From the NCBI GenBank assembly GCA_036273455.1, contig DASUHP010000033.1, positions 13,967 to 77,966 on the forward strand: a DNA stretch of 64,000 bases, in the 5' to 3' direction. The translations under genes were made by a program, and so were the position numbers. Positions 15,741 to 25,049 of the stretch are shown here, one piece after another. Under the pieces are notes generated by a model, which worked only from the letters and a program-made list of their open reading frames with translations, was not told the origin of the DNA and searched no databases. Numbering within the stretch: the first letter of the stretch is position 1; every line of letters begins with the position of its first letter. The DNA is from Micropepsaceae bacterium (GTDB taxonomy: Bacteria > Pseudomonadota > Alphaproteobacteria > Micropepsales > Micropepsaceae).

Positions 15741-17011
15741 CACGCGACGTCCATCATCTGATTCCAGCGGCGCCAGAAAATCCGCAAATGGTGCTCGTCG
15801 CTGTTGAGCTGCTCGTCCTCGCGCCCCATGCCGCGCGACATTTCGGTCCAGCGGTCGTCCTGCCAGTTGGCGAGCCCTTGCTGCACCAGTTCGAGTGCCT
15901 CGACATCGTCCGGAGTGGCAAATCCGCCGGGCCCGTAGAAGGTGAGAAACGCATCGAGGCGGCGCGCGCGCGCGGCTTCGCTTTCCTCCACGGGCCCCAG
16001 CGCCCAGGCGGTGACATGCATCTTCGCCGGGCCATCGGGAAAGAACGTCCGTACCGTGACGGATGACCCGTCGTTGATGACGAGATTGGGGAAGATGATC
16101 AGGTTGCGGTTGGTGTCGGCAACCCGGCGCGCGCGTTCGGGGCCGAGCCGCTCGACCAGTTCGCGGCGGATCTCCGCCATTTCCGGCTTCGCCTCTTCGC
16201 CATAGATCGGTATCCAGGCGGCGACCGGGCGGCCGCGGAAGTTGATATTGTCGGTCGTGAAATGGCCGTTGCCGAGATCGATCGCAAGGCCCTTGGTCGG
16301 CAGCACGCGGCCCTCCGAGGGCCGCTCGATCTTCACGCCGGAATTGGCCATGTAGTTCAGCCAGGTCGCATGCGTGCTCGGCAGATGATAGTCGTCGACG
16401 CTGTTCTCGACCATCAGCTTCCAATTGGCCGCAACATCATATTCCTGCGTGCCGGCGACGATCTCCATCTCGCCCGACGGCGATTGATCGAGCACGAGAT
16501 CGATATAATCGCGCGCGCGGCCGAGATAATCGCGCAGGTCCGGCGCGTTCGCGTCGAGGTTGAGAAACCAGAAGTCGCGATAGGATTCGAACCGCGCCGG
16601 GGTCTTCAGCCCAAGGGTTTTGGTGTCGAATTCGCCCTTATAGGCTTCGGCGCCCGGCACGATGCCGAGCACACCATCATTGCGGTAGGCCCAGCCGTGA
16701 TAGACGCAGCGGAAGCTGCGCCGGGAGCCCTCGCGCTCGGTACATACAATGGCGCCGCGATGCCGGCAGGTATTCAGGAAACAATGGATGTCGCCGCGCG
16801 CATCGCGGTTGAAGATCACCGGCCGGCCGGCGACTTTGCGGGTCACGAAATCATTCGGCTTCTTCAGCTCGGACGAATGGCCGGCATAAATCCAGCATTT
16901 CGCGAAGATTTTCGCCATTTCCTCCTGCAACACGGCAGAAGAAACCAGCGCTTCGCGGTCGAGCAGGAACCGCTTTCGCTCCGTGTCGTCGATGATGTAG
17001 CTGCGCGGCAT
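15740..17011 (-). CDS. Rieske [2Fe-2S] aromatic ring-hydroxylating dioxygenase alpha subunit
   Basis: Rieske motif 'CRHRGAIVC..(x)..CVYHGWAY'. The catalytic domain carries 'DDYHLPSTH'. Confidence 0.9.
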   Translation of the reverse strand: MPRSYIIDDTERKRFLLDREALVSSAVLQEEMAKIFAKCWIYAGHSSELKKPNDFVTRKVAGRPVIFNRDARGDIHCFLNTCRHRGAIVCTEREGSRRSFRCVYHGWAYRNDGVLGIVPGAEAYKGEFDTKTLGLKTPARFESYRDFWFLNLDANAPDLRDYLGRARDYIDLVLDQSPSGEMEIVAGTQEYDVAANWKLMVENSVDDYHLPSTHATWLNYMANSGVKIERPSEGRVLPTKGLAIDLGNGHFTTDNINFRGRPVAAWIPIYGEEAKPEMAEIRRELVERLGPERARRVADTNRNLIIFPNLVINDGSSVTVRTFFPDGPAKMHVTAWALGPVEESEAARARRLDAFLTFYGPGGFATPDDVEALELVQQGLANWQDDRWTEMSRGMGREDEQLNSDEHHLRIFWRRWNQMMDVA

Positions 17012-17069
17012 TTTCGTCCTGAACAGTAGCGCCTTCCCTTAGCCGATGTTATGGCGGTCGCCAAATGTA

Positions 17070-18314
17070 ATGGGCGAACCTCGCATGCACGACACCGTCA
17101 ATGACACGCATTGGCACGAACCCAAAGCCGGGCAAAATGCCGGATTTGGCGATTTCCGCCGCCCGAAGCTGCCTTATGACCGGTTCATGGAGGAGGAAGG
17201 CGTTCCGGTTTACCGCGGCATAGGTTTTGCCCGCATACACGACCTGCCAATGCAGGCATGGGCGCGCCTCGGCGGACGCGGCAGTTACATCCAGCTCTAT
17301 GGCACGGAAGGACTGTGGGGGATGTATGTCGTCGAGATTGCGCCGCGCGCCGCGCTGAATCCCGAACGGCATTTGTACGAAAAGATCGTGCTCGTCGCGG
17401 AGGGGCGCGGCTCGACCGAAGTCTGGCAGGACGGCGACAGCAGGCGCCACGTGTTCGAATGGCAGAAGGGATCGCTGTTCACGATACCGTTGAATGCGCA
17501 GCACCGGGTGGTGAATGCATCCAGCGCTCCGGCCCTGCTGTTATGCGGGACTTCGGCGCCGAATATCATCAATCTGCTCGACGACACGAATTTCATATTC
17601 AATTCCGAATATCATTTCCGAACGCGCTTTTCCGGCGCCGAGGATTTCTTCAAACCGCGCGATGACGTGGAGCCCGATCCGGTGCGGGGACTCGCCATGC
17701 GCCGCAGCAATCTGATTCCCGATATCATCAATACGGAATTGCCGCTGGATAATCGGCGTTCACCGGGCTACCGCCGCATTGAGCCAATGATGGCCGGCAA
17801 CCGGTTCTACCAGTTCATCGGACAATACGAGACCGGGCGCTATTCCAAGGCGCATAAGCACCATTCGACGGCGGTGCTGATCTGTTTGAAGGGCCGCGGC
17901 TACACCTATACGTGGCACGAAACGCTCGGCCCGACACCGTGGCAAGACGGCCGCGCCGACAAGGTTCTACGCCAGGACTATGAATATGGCGGGATCGTCA
18001 GCGCGGCCCCAATGAGCGGCGACTGGTTTCACCAGCATTTTGGCATCGCGAAAGACGGATTGCGCGTGCTGGCATGGCATGGGCCGAACAACCATCCCGC
18101 GCTCAAAGCCGGGCGTCCGGGCGAAGCGCTGAAAGACATCTGGGCGGTCGATCTCGACAAGGGCGGCGCGGCGATTCCCTACCACCTCGAAGACCCGGCC
18201 CTCAGGCGCGAATATGAGGAGACGCTCAAGCGCGCGGGGCTGGCCTCGCGCATGGAGGCGCGCTTTTATCAATCCGGTGGCACCGAGGCGGCGGACAAGA
18301 TCGGCGGATTTTAA
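17070..18314 (+). CDS. bicupin-domain protein (dioxygenase-like, function unknown)
   Basis: Two cupin-like halves ('VVEIAPRAALNPERHLYEKIVLVAEGRGSTEVW', 'AHKHHSTAVLICLKGRGYTY'). Divergent from the Rieske genes. Start uncertain (17046, 17070 or 17085). Confidence 0.65.
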   Translation: MGEPRMHDTVNDTHWHEPKAGQNAGFGDFRRPKLPYDRFMEEEGVPVYRGIGFARIHDLPMQAWARLGGRGSYIQLYGTEGLWGMYVVEIAPRAALNPERHLYEKIVLVAEGRGSTEVWQDGDSRRHVFEWQKGSLFTIPLNAQHRVVNASSAPALLLCGTSAPNIINLLDDTNFIFNSEYHFRTRFSGAEDFFKPRDDVEPDPVRGLAMRRSNLIPDIINTELPLDNRRSPGYRRIEPMMAGNRFYQFIGQYETGRYSKAHKHHSTAVLICLKGRGYTYTWHETLGPTPWQDGRADKVLRQDYEYGGIVSAAPMSGDWFHQHFGIAKDGLRVLAWHGPNNHPALKAGRPGEALKDIWAVDLDKGGAAIPYHLEDPALRREYEETLKRAGLASRMEARFYQSGGTEAADKIGGF

Positions 18315-18433
18315 TGCCCGGAGAATGGGACTCAACTCCACATTTCAGGTGCTTTGGGGAGACGACTGTCCACGCTTCACGCGAGGCACTCGCGGCGGCA
18401 AAGAGAAGCAAATCTGAACTAATGGAGATCGAT

Positions 18434-18777
18434 TCAGGCGATCTGCAACAAGCGGTCAACCGCAGCTTTCAGCGGCGGCAAATCACGGCTGACGGTATCC
18501 CAGAGAATGTCGTCATCGAGCGCGTCATATCCATGGCGTAACCAGTTGCCCATATCAGCGACGCTCCGCCACGGTATGCCCTCCTCACGCGATTTGATTT
18601 CGTCTGGCAGATGACGGCTCGCCTCGCAGATTACCGCTAAATTATAAATCACTGCATCGTGCAGCATGGCGTCGCTGCCGAACGAGCGGCGTTCTTTCCG
18701 GCCAGAAAACCCTCAATTTTTGAAATTGCGAATTGAATATCGAGCAGACGCTCGCGTGCTGAACGGGGAACAGGCAT
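18434..18777 (-). pseudogene. HepT-like (DUF86) toxin, interrupted by a frameshift
   Basis: Frame A (18777->18649) reads MPVPRSARERLLDIQFAISKIEGFLAGKNAARSAATPCCTMQ*. Frame B (to 18434) reads ..GRKERRSFGSDAMLHDAVIYNLAVICEASRHLPDEIK..WLRHGYDAL... Joined, they make one DUF86-length protein. The ATG follows the MNT stop directly. Confidence 0.7.
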
Positions 18778-19074
18778 TCAGAACACAGAAATCACGTCGC
18801 GCTCGATGGAAGCGCGATAGGAGGGACGGAGCGACTTGCGAATGGCGACATCAACGCGCGTTCCCAGGAGTTCGCTGATGGAGAACTTGATATCCGACAG
18901 ATCGAGCAAAGTGATGTGGCGTCCGTTCTCCAGCTCGATCAGAACGTCCACGTCGCTGCCTGGATTCGCCTGGCCACGCGCCGTCGAGCCAAATAGTCCG
19001 AGTGAACGGACGCCCCTGGCTCTTAATTGGGATTCGCATTTCTTCAGGCGGGCGATGACTTCGTCACTTTCCAT
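18778..19074 (-). CDS. MNT-type nucleotidyltransferase antitoxin
   Basis: Minimal nucleotidyltransferase motif 'LGLFGSTARGQANPGSDVDVLIEL'. 98 aa, immediately upstream of the DUF86 remnant. Confidence 0.85.
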   Translation of the reverse strand: MESDEVIARLKKCESQLRARGVRSLGLFGSTARGQANPGSDVDVLIELENGRHITLLDLSDIKFSISELLGTRVDVAIRKSLRPSYRASIERDVISVF

Positions 19075-19127
19075 ACGTCCGAATTTAGCACAAATCTGCC
19101 CGGCTGTTCGGAAATCAGGATGCTCGT

Positions 19128-19685
19128 TTACTGGGCTGAGGCGCGGGCAGGCTCGGTTTCGGTGACGAGTTCGTCGAACAGGCTGCGATAATGGATCATT
19201 GCCTGGCGCAGTTCTTCAGTACCCGCTTCGCCGCGTTCGTGACGTAATGCGATCGCATGCCCGGCGCGGTAATGCTGCACGACAAGCGGATGATCGACTG
19301 AGAGATCGGCGGCGCGCTGTTCGAAATCAGTCACCGGGTAACCGCGGGCGGCCATGACTTCGCCGAGCAAAGCATCCGCGCGGTGCACCGCCTTGCGCGG
19401 GTCGTCGACAAATTCGGCCTGGATACCCTGCCAGTTTGTAATGGCGCGCATCTTCTCTTCACGTGTCAGCGGCCGGATATTGAATTTGGCAACCCGTTGT
19501 TCGCGCGCGGCAAGTTGTGATTCTGCCCGGGCGCGGCTGCCGCGTTCAACCACCGTCTGGCCATATTCCGGGCCGAAGCGCCGGCGCAGGTGCCGGCTGC
19601 GCCATTCCTTCCACACGACGTAGACGGCGAAGGCCAGCACAACGACGATAAGGGCAATAATCAGGCCGATCGCGAGCGGAGTCAT
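19128..19685 (-). CDS. conserved hypothetical membrane-anchored protein
   Basis: I used the internal ATG of ORF 19128..19877. N-terminal TM 'MTPLAIGLIIALIVVVLAFAVYVVW', then 'RRRFGPEY', 'FVDDPRKAV', 'RGYPVTDFEQRAADLSVDHP' and 'LRQAMIHYRSLF'. I recognise the pattern but no function. Confidence 0.55.
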   Translation of the reverse strand: MTPLAIGLIIALIVVVLAFAVYVVWKEWRSRHLRRRFGPEYGQTVVERGSRARAESQLAAREQRVAKFNIRPLTREEKMRAITNWQGIQAEFVDDPRKAVHRADALLGEVMAARGYPVTDFEQRAADLSVDHPLVVQHYRAGHAIALRHERGEAGTEELRQAMIHYRSLFDELVTETEPARASAQ

Positions 19686-19898
19686 GAGGTTTCCCGGGCG
19701 TGAGTTCCTTGAGCCGCGTGGGATTAACGGCGCGGTGTCATGCAGCCTAAACGGATTACGTGGAACCGGGTTTCCGGAACCCGCGCGATTGCCGGTTCGC
19801 AATCCGTGATATTCCGGAGACGCCCACAAGGTTCTGAACTGCAAGAACCGTCGTAACGCTGCACAATCCAGATGCAAACCTTCCTCCAGGGGGAAGAT

Positions 19899-21227
19899 TC
19901 AGTGCGAAATGGATTCGAGGGGCCGGTTGGTCGTGCGCGGGCCAAGCAGCGCAACGGCTGTCGCTGCGACGATCATGCAGCCGGCAATGAAGGCAAACAC
20001 GCCCGCGGTCCCGAAACGGGCGAGCAGAAAGGCGATAACAAAGCCGCTGAAGACCGTGGAAAACCGGCTCCAGCTATAGACGAAGCCGACCGCGCGGGCA
20101 CGGATGCGCGTCGGATACAGCTCTGTCTGATAGGCGTGATAAAGAAATGACATCACATTGTTCGACACCGTGATCAGTACGCCGAAGAGCACCAGCGCTC
20201 CTGCGACACGGCTCTGGCCGAAGGCGATGCCGAATGCGCCGACCGAAAGCGCCGCAGCGACCAGCGCCCATTTGCGTTCGAACCTGTCGCCGAGCACGGC
20301 GCCGGCGAGTGGTCCGAACGGCGCCGCAATCGCGATCAGGAACGTGTATTCCAGGCTCTGGGTCACGGTGATGCCGCGGCTGATGATGAGAGTGGGCGCC
20401 CAGTTCGTGAATCCGTAATAGCCAACGGCCTGAAACAGATTGAACAGGATCAGCATCATCGTCCGCGGCAGATATTTGCGATTCCAGATTTCCATGAAAC
20501 TGCCTCTGCGGGTCCCGGTTTCGGGCGGTCCGGGCGGCGGCAATGGCGCGCCGGATTCGGCTTCGACGCGCCGTTCGAGCTCAACCATCTGTGTGAGCGC
20601 CTCGCCGGCGCGACCATGACCGGCGAGCCAGCGCGGACTCTCCGGCACCCGCAGATATATGAACCACACGCCAATCGCGCTGACGCTGCCGATCAGCACC
20701 ACCCAGCGCCAGCCATCGAAGCCGAGCGGCGCGAGCGGCACCAATTGCCAGGCCAGAAACGCCACCACCGGGATGACTGCGAACTGCACCGTCTGATTGA
20801 CCGCGAATACGCGGCCGCGATGGGTTTTCGGCACCAATTCCGCGAGATAGGTGTCGATCGTGACCAGCTCGACACCAATGCCGATGCCGGACAGAAACCG
20901 CCAAAGATTGAGGCCGAATGCGGTGGTCTGGAACGCCATCACGGCACTCGCCGCGGTGTACCACAGCAGCGATGCGGCAAACACCGTGCGCCGGCCGAAA
21001 CGGTCGGCGGCAAAGCCCAATATCAGTGTACCGACGAACAGTCCGGCGAACAGGGCGGCCACGAAGCCGGCAATCCCGGTCGTGCCGAACAACCCCGGCG
21101 TGGTTGCGGTCAATATGCCGCTTTTCACCAGGCCCGGGGCGATAAAGCCGGTGAACATCAGATCGTAAAATTCGAAAAAGCCGCCCAACGACAGCAGAAT
21201 GACGCGAACCCAGAGGGTCCGCGTCAT
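19899..21227 (-). CDS. MFS transporter
   Basis: 12-TM pattern with 'ADRFGRR'-type loops. Start set at ATG 21227. The conserved-looking 'AEIAARLDRLP' just upstream could only be included from CTG 21281, which overlaps the upstream stop. Confidence 0.75.
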   Translation of the reverse strand: MTRTLWVRVILLSLGGFFEFYDLMFTGFIAPGLVKSGILTATTPGLFGTTGIAGFVAALFAGLFVGTLILGFAADRFGRRTVFAASLLWYTAASAVMAFQTTAFGLNLWRFLSGIGIGVELVTIDTYLAELVPKTHRGRVFAVNQTVQFAVIPVVAFLAWQLVPLAPLGFDGWRWVVLIGSVSAIGVWFIYLRVPESPRWLAGHGRAGEALTQMVELERRVEAESGAPLPPPGPPETGTRRGSFMEIWNRKYLPRTMMLILFNLFQAVGYYGFTNWAPTLIISRGITVTQSLEYTFLIAIAAPFGPLAGAVLGDRFERKWALVAAALSVGAFGIAFGQSRVAGALVLFGVLITVSNNVMSFLYHAYQTELYPTRIRARAVGFVYSWSRFSTVFSGFVIAFLLARFGTAGVFAFIAGCMIVAATAVALLGPRTTNRPLESISH

Positions 21228-21277
21228 CGGCAGCCGGTCTAGCCGGGCAGCAATCTCTGCGGCGGCCTGCGCTTGCG

Positions 21278-22471
21278 TCAGACGGTTTCCGCGACAATGG
21301 CGCGGAATTCGGAATCGCTGACCAGGCGCTTTTTGCTGGTGCCGAGATTCTTGACCTTTTCGAGAATCTGCGGCTGCCGGTCCTCGGACGCCTTGAGGCC
21401 AAGCTCTTCGAGCTTCATCTTGATGCTGACGAGTCCGCTTTTCTTGCCAAGCACCACCCGGCGGTCGGCATGCACGATGTCCGCCGAATAGGGCTCGATC
21501 GCGGACGGCTGATGGAATTGCGCTGCCACGCCGCCGCTCTCGCGCGTGAACAGATATTTGCCGACCACCGGCTTCCAGCAATCGACCGTATAATTGCCGG
21601 CTTCCTGCACGAGTTCGGAGACGGCGCGGGCTTTGCTCAAATCCAGCTCGACCGGCACGTTATAAAGCATCTGCAGCGCGAGCGCGACTTCCGAGATATC
21701 GGCGTTGCCGGCGCGCTCGCCCATGCCGTTGATGGTGCCCTGAACGAAATCGGCCCCGCCCCGGACCGCCGCAACGGCCGCGGCCGTCGCCAGACCAAAA
21801 TCATTGTGGCCGTGCCAGTGGATCGGCGTTGATGGAAACCATGAACGCACCTGCCGGACCAGATATTCCGCCGTCTCCGGCGCGCACACGCCGATCGTGT
21901 CCACGACCGAGACTTCGTCGGCGCCGGCGGCCAGTGCCGAGCCGTAAACATCGCGCAGGAAAGACAAATCCGTCCGTGTGCTGTCCACCGCGAAAAAATT
22001 GACCTTCTCGACGCCGTTGTCCTTGGCGTGCTTGACCGAGCTGACAATGCGCTCGACTACCTTCTCGCGCGTGAACCCGAATGCCTTCATCTTGATGTCA
22101 CTGGTGGTGATCTCCATCAGGATGTAGCGGGTGCCGAGTTCGATATGCGCGTCGATGTCGGCCTTCAGACAGCGCGCAAATCCCCAGATTTCCGAGCTGA
22201 GACCGGCATCGAGAATCCGCTTCACCGCCTCGGTGTCTTCGTCGGATACGCGGGGAAAGCCGGACTCGATGCGGCTGACTCCGAGCTCCGCCAGCTTGCG
22301 GGCGATCGCAACCTTGTCATCGGCCGAAAACACGATCCCGGTCGTCTGCTCGCCGTCGCGCAACGTCGTGTCGTAGAACCGAACGGTTTTGCTGTGGTCG
22401 AATCCCTTCTGAACCGAATCCAGCTCATTCAGCGGGGTGGTCCAAACCTGGTCTGGCCGGATGTTCAGCAT
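21278..22471 (-). CDS. HMGL-like / 2-isopropylmalate-homocitrate-citramalate synthase family (DRE-TIM metallolyase) protein
   Basis: Contains 'FYDTTLRDGEQT', 'HWHGHNDFGLATAAAVAAV' and 'GTINGMGERAGNA'. Confidence 0.8.
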   Translation of the reverse strand: MLNIRPDQVWTTPLNELDSVQKGFDHSKTVRFYDTTLRDGEQTTGIVFSADDKVAIARKLAELGVSRIESGFPRVSDEDTEAVKRILDAGLSSEIWGFARCLKADIDAHIELGTRYILMEITTSDIKMKAFGFTREKVVERIVSSVKHAKDNGVEKVNFFAVDSTRTDLSFLRDVYGSALAAGADEVSVVDTIGVCAPETAEYLVRQVRSWFPSTPIHWHGHNDFGLATAAAVAAVRGGADFVQGTINGMGERAGNADISEVALALQMLYNVPVELDLSKARAVSELVQEAGNYTVDCWKPVVGKYLFTRESGGVAAQFHQPSAIEPYSADIVHADRRVVLGKKSGLVSIKMKLEELGLKASEDRQPQILEKVKNLGTSKKRLVSDSEFRAIVAETV

Positions 22472-22661
22472 GGTCTCTCCTGTGATTTCACTTGAAGCGG
22501 TTATAGGCCGCGGAAGCGCGCAAATTCAATTGCCGCGCAGGCCGCGGCCACGCGCAAATTTTGTGTGACCGTGATCGGCTGAGCATGCTACCAGAGCCGA
22601 AACCGGCACGACGCGCCGCACCCTGCGGTAGCGCCGGTTCAGCCAGATCGGGAGTTGCAGC

Positions 22662-23507
22662 ATGAGGTTTGTGTCGTTTCGCGCCAGTGGCCGCGCGCGC
22701 TATGGAATGGTGGTTGGCAACGGCATCGTGGACCTGACGACGCGGCGCAGCGAACCCGATCTGAAGTCGCTGATTGCTGCAGGTGGTCTCGCCGAAGTGG
22801 CAAAGACCTATGCCGGCAACAAGCCCGATTTTGCAATGGATGCAATCGAGTTCGACCCGCTTATCCCGAACCCCTCGAAAATCATCTGCATCGGCTTGAA
22901 CTATCACGAGCATCGCAACGAGACGAAGATGACAGGCGATGCCTATCCCGCCATCTTCCTGCGCTTTGCCGACACGCAGATTGGCCATCTGCAGAAAGTG
23001 GTGCTGCCGAAGGCATCCGAAACGCTCGACTATGAGGCCGAGCTTGCGCTGATCATCGGCAAACCCGGGCGCCACATCAAAGAGCGCGACGCCATGGCCC
23101 ATGTCGCGGGCTTCTCCTGCTACAATGATGTGTCGGTACGTGATTATCAGCGCCACGCCAGCCAGTGGACGCCCGGCAAAAACTTCCCGGCCACCGGACC
23201 ATTCGGGCCATGCCTCGTCACGCCCGAGGAGGTTGGGGATCTCGCGGGCAAGAAGATCCAGACGCGCCTGAACCGCGATACGGTTCAATCCTCGACCCTC
23301 GATATGATGATTTTCCCGCCGGCGAAGCTGATCGAATATATTTCGACCTTCACCCCGCTCTACCCCGGCGATGTCATTGCCACTGGAACTCCCGGCGGGG
23401 TCGGCTGGGTGCGCAAGCCGCCGCTCTGGATGAAGCCAGGCGACACCGTCGAAGTCGATATCGAAGGCGTGGGTATTCTGCGAAACACCATCGTCGCCGA
23501 AGAGTAA
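22662..23507 (+). CDS. fumarylacetoacetate hydrolase (FAH) family protein, candidate (male/fumar)ylpyruvate hydrolase
   Basis: Contains 'IICIGLNYHEH', 'LDYEAELALIIGK' and 'PGDVIATGTPGGVG'. Sits in a locus with gentisate dioxygenase. Confidence 0.8.
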   Translation: MRFVSFRASGRARYGMVVGNGIVDLTTRRSEPDLKSLIAAGGLAEVAKTYAGNKPDFAMDAIEFDPLIPNPSKIICIGLNYHEHRNETKMTGDAYPAIFLRFADTQIGHLQKVVLPKASETLDYEAELALIIGKPGRHIKERDAMAHVAGFSCYNDVSVRDYQRHASQWTPGKNFPATGPFGPCLVTPEEVGDLAGKKIQTRLNRDTVQSSTLDMMIFPPAKLIEYISTFTPLYPGDVIATGTPGGVGWVRKPPLWMKPGDTVEVDIEGVGILRNTIVAEE

Positions 23508-23639
23508 CTCCCGGGTTTGCTTCGCCCCCCGCTTCTGGCAAGCTGCGGCAAAAGATCGTAGTCTTTTGCATCAGCGCGTTTTCTTACGCCGAACCGGCGG
23601 CCACTTCGGCGGAAAACGCTCCTGGGCGCGGGAGGAAGC

Positions 23640-24995
23640 ATGGCTGGACGGGTTTTGGACGTTGGCGCGCTGATCGAGGGGCGCCTGGCGCGCCCGCAAA
23701 TCGCTATCGCGCTGTGGCTGTGCACGCTGATGGTGCTCGAAGGCTATGACATGCAGACGCTGTCATTCGCCGCACCGGCGATCTTGCGCGAATGGCAGGT
23801 CAGCCGGGCGGATTTCGGCTGGGTGCTGTCGGCGCATCTGACCGGCTATCTGTTCGGCGCGCTGATCCTGAGCTTTTTCGGCGACCGGATCGGACGCAAA
23901 AATATCGTTGTTGCCGGCGCGGTGATCTTCGGCGCCTGTACTTTTGCCGCGGGATTTTCGGCCTCGCCGTGGGAATTATATGTGTGGCGCTTCGGCGCCG
24001 GGATCGGTCTCGGCGGAGCGATTCCGACCGGGATAGCGTTGGCCGCGGAATACATGCCCAAACGTTTCCGCGCGACGACGATTGGCCTGATGTTCGTCGG
24101 CTACAATGTCGGAGCCGCCGCGGGCGGTTTCATCGCTGCCTGGACAATCGCCGACTATGGCTGGCCATCCGTGTTCTTCATCGGCGGTATTGCCGCGATT
24201 CCGATGTTTTTGGGTCTTGCATTGGCGATTCCGGAATCGGTGCGGTTCCTGATCGTCAAAGGCGCGCCTGATCGTGAGATCGCCGCGATAATCCAGCGGC
24301 TGCGGCCTTCAGCCGACCTTTGCGATGTGACGCGGTATGTCACGGGCGAAGAGAGTCGCAAAAATTCACCCGCAAGCCTGTTCACCGAGGGACGCGCCAC
24401 TGTCACCGTGTTGCTATGGCTGTCCTTCATCGCCAGCTTTACCGGGCATTATTTCATCACCGGCTGGATGCCCACGGTTCTTTCGGACAATGGTATCTCG
24501 ATTGCCCGGGCGAATACCGCGATGGGGTTCTTCCAGCTGGGTGGCGCGATCGGAAGTTTCCTGATCGCTTTCCTTTTGGACCGGGTTGGCATTCGGGTGG
24601 TTGCGCTGACATTTCTTGCCGCCACCCCTGTGGTCGCGGTGCTCGGCATGCAGTCACCCTATGCGCTGCTGCTGCCGAATATGCTGGTTGCCGGTATTGG
24701 TGTGCTGGGCGGCCAGATCGGACTGAATGCGCTCGCCGGAACGATCTATCCGACTTACATGCGCGCCACGGGGGCCGGCTGGGGATTGGGTGTCGGCCGT
24801 ATCGGTTCGATTGCCGGCCCGATCATCGGCGGCTTGCTGCTGACTTTTGGATTCACGCGCCCGGTGCTGCTGGTGTTGACAGCGATTCCGCTGTTTTTCT
24901 GCGGGATTGCGCTATTCGCATTGCAATCCGCCAAGCGCGCGCAGGATGAACGCGGCGGAGACATCGGTATGGCAAAGGCGGATTTTGCGCATTAG
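23640..24995 (+). CDS. MFS transporter, aromatic acid:H+ symporter (PcaK/MhbT-like) type
   Basis: 'LMVLEGYDMQTLSFAAPAI' and 'FGDRIGRKN', with 12 TM segments. Related to the tandem pair at 47334 and 48735. Confidence 0.8.
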   Translation: MAGRVLDVGALIEGRLARPQIAIALWLCTLMVLEGYDMQTLSFAAPAILREWQVSRADFGWVLSAHLTGYLFGALILSFFGDRIGRKNIVVAGAVIFGACTFAAGFSASPWELYVWRFGAGIGLGGAIPTGIALAAEYMPKRFRATTIGLMFVGYNVGAAAGGFIAAWTIADYGWPSVFFIGGIAAIPMFLGLALAIPESVRFLIVKGAPDREIAAIIQRLRPSADLCDVTRYVTGEESRKNSPASLFTEGRATVTVLLWLSFIASFTGHYFITGWMPTVLSDNGISIARANTAMGFFQLGGAIGSFLIAFLLDRVGIRVVALTFLAATPVVAVLGMQSPYALLLPNMLVAGIGVLGGQIGLNALAGTIYPTYMRATGAGWGLGVGRIGSIAGPIIGGLLLTFGFTRPVLLVLTAIPLFFCGIALFALQSAKRAQDERGGDIGMAKADFAH

Positions 24996-25049
24996 AGCGG
25001 TCGGGTTTACCCCGCTTCCGCCCGCATATCGGTTGCACCGGAGAACTGC

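Noticed and set aside
15741-16424. The upstream two thirds of the 389-aa ORF 15255..16424 (-).
   Set aside because: Only the last 161 codons (from MPEVTRSEVEDLL) look like a dioxygenase beta subunit. The rest overlaps the Rieske alpha gene in another frame and is Arg/Pro-rich.
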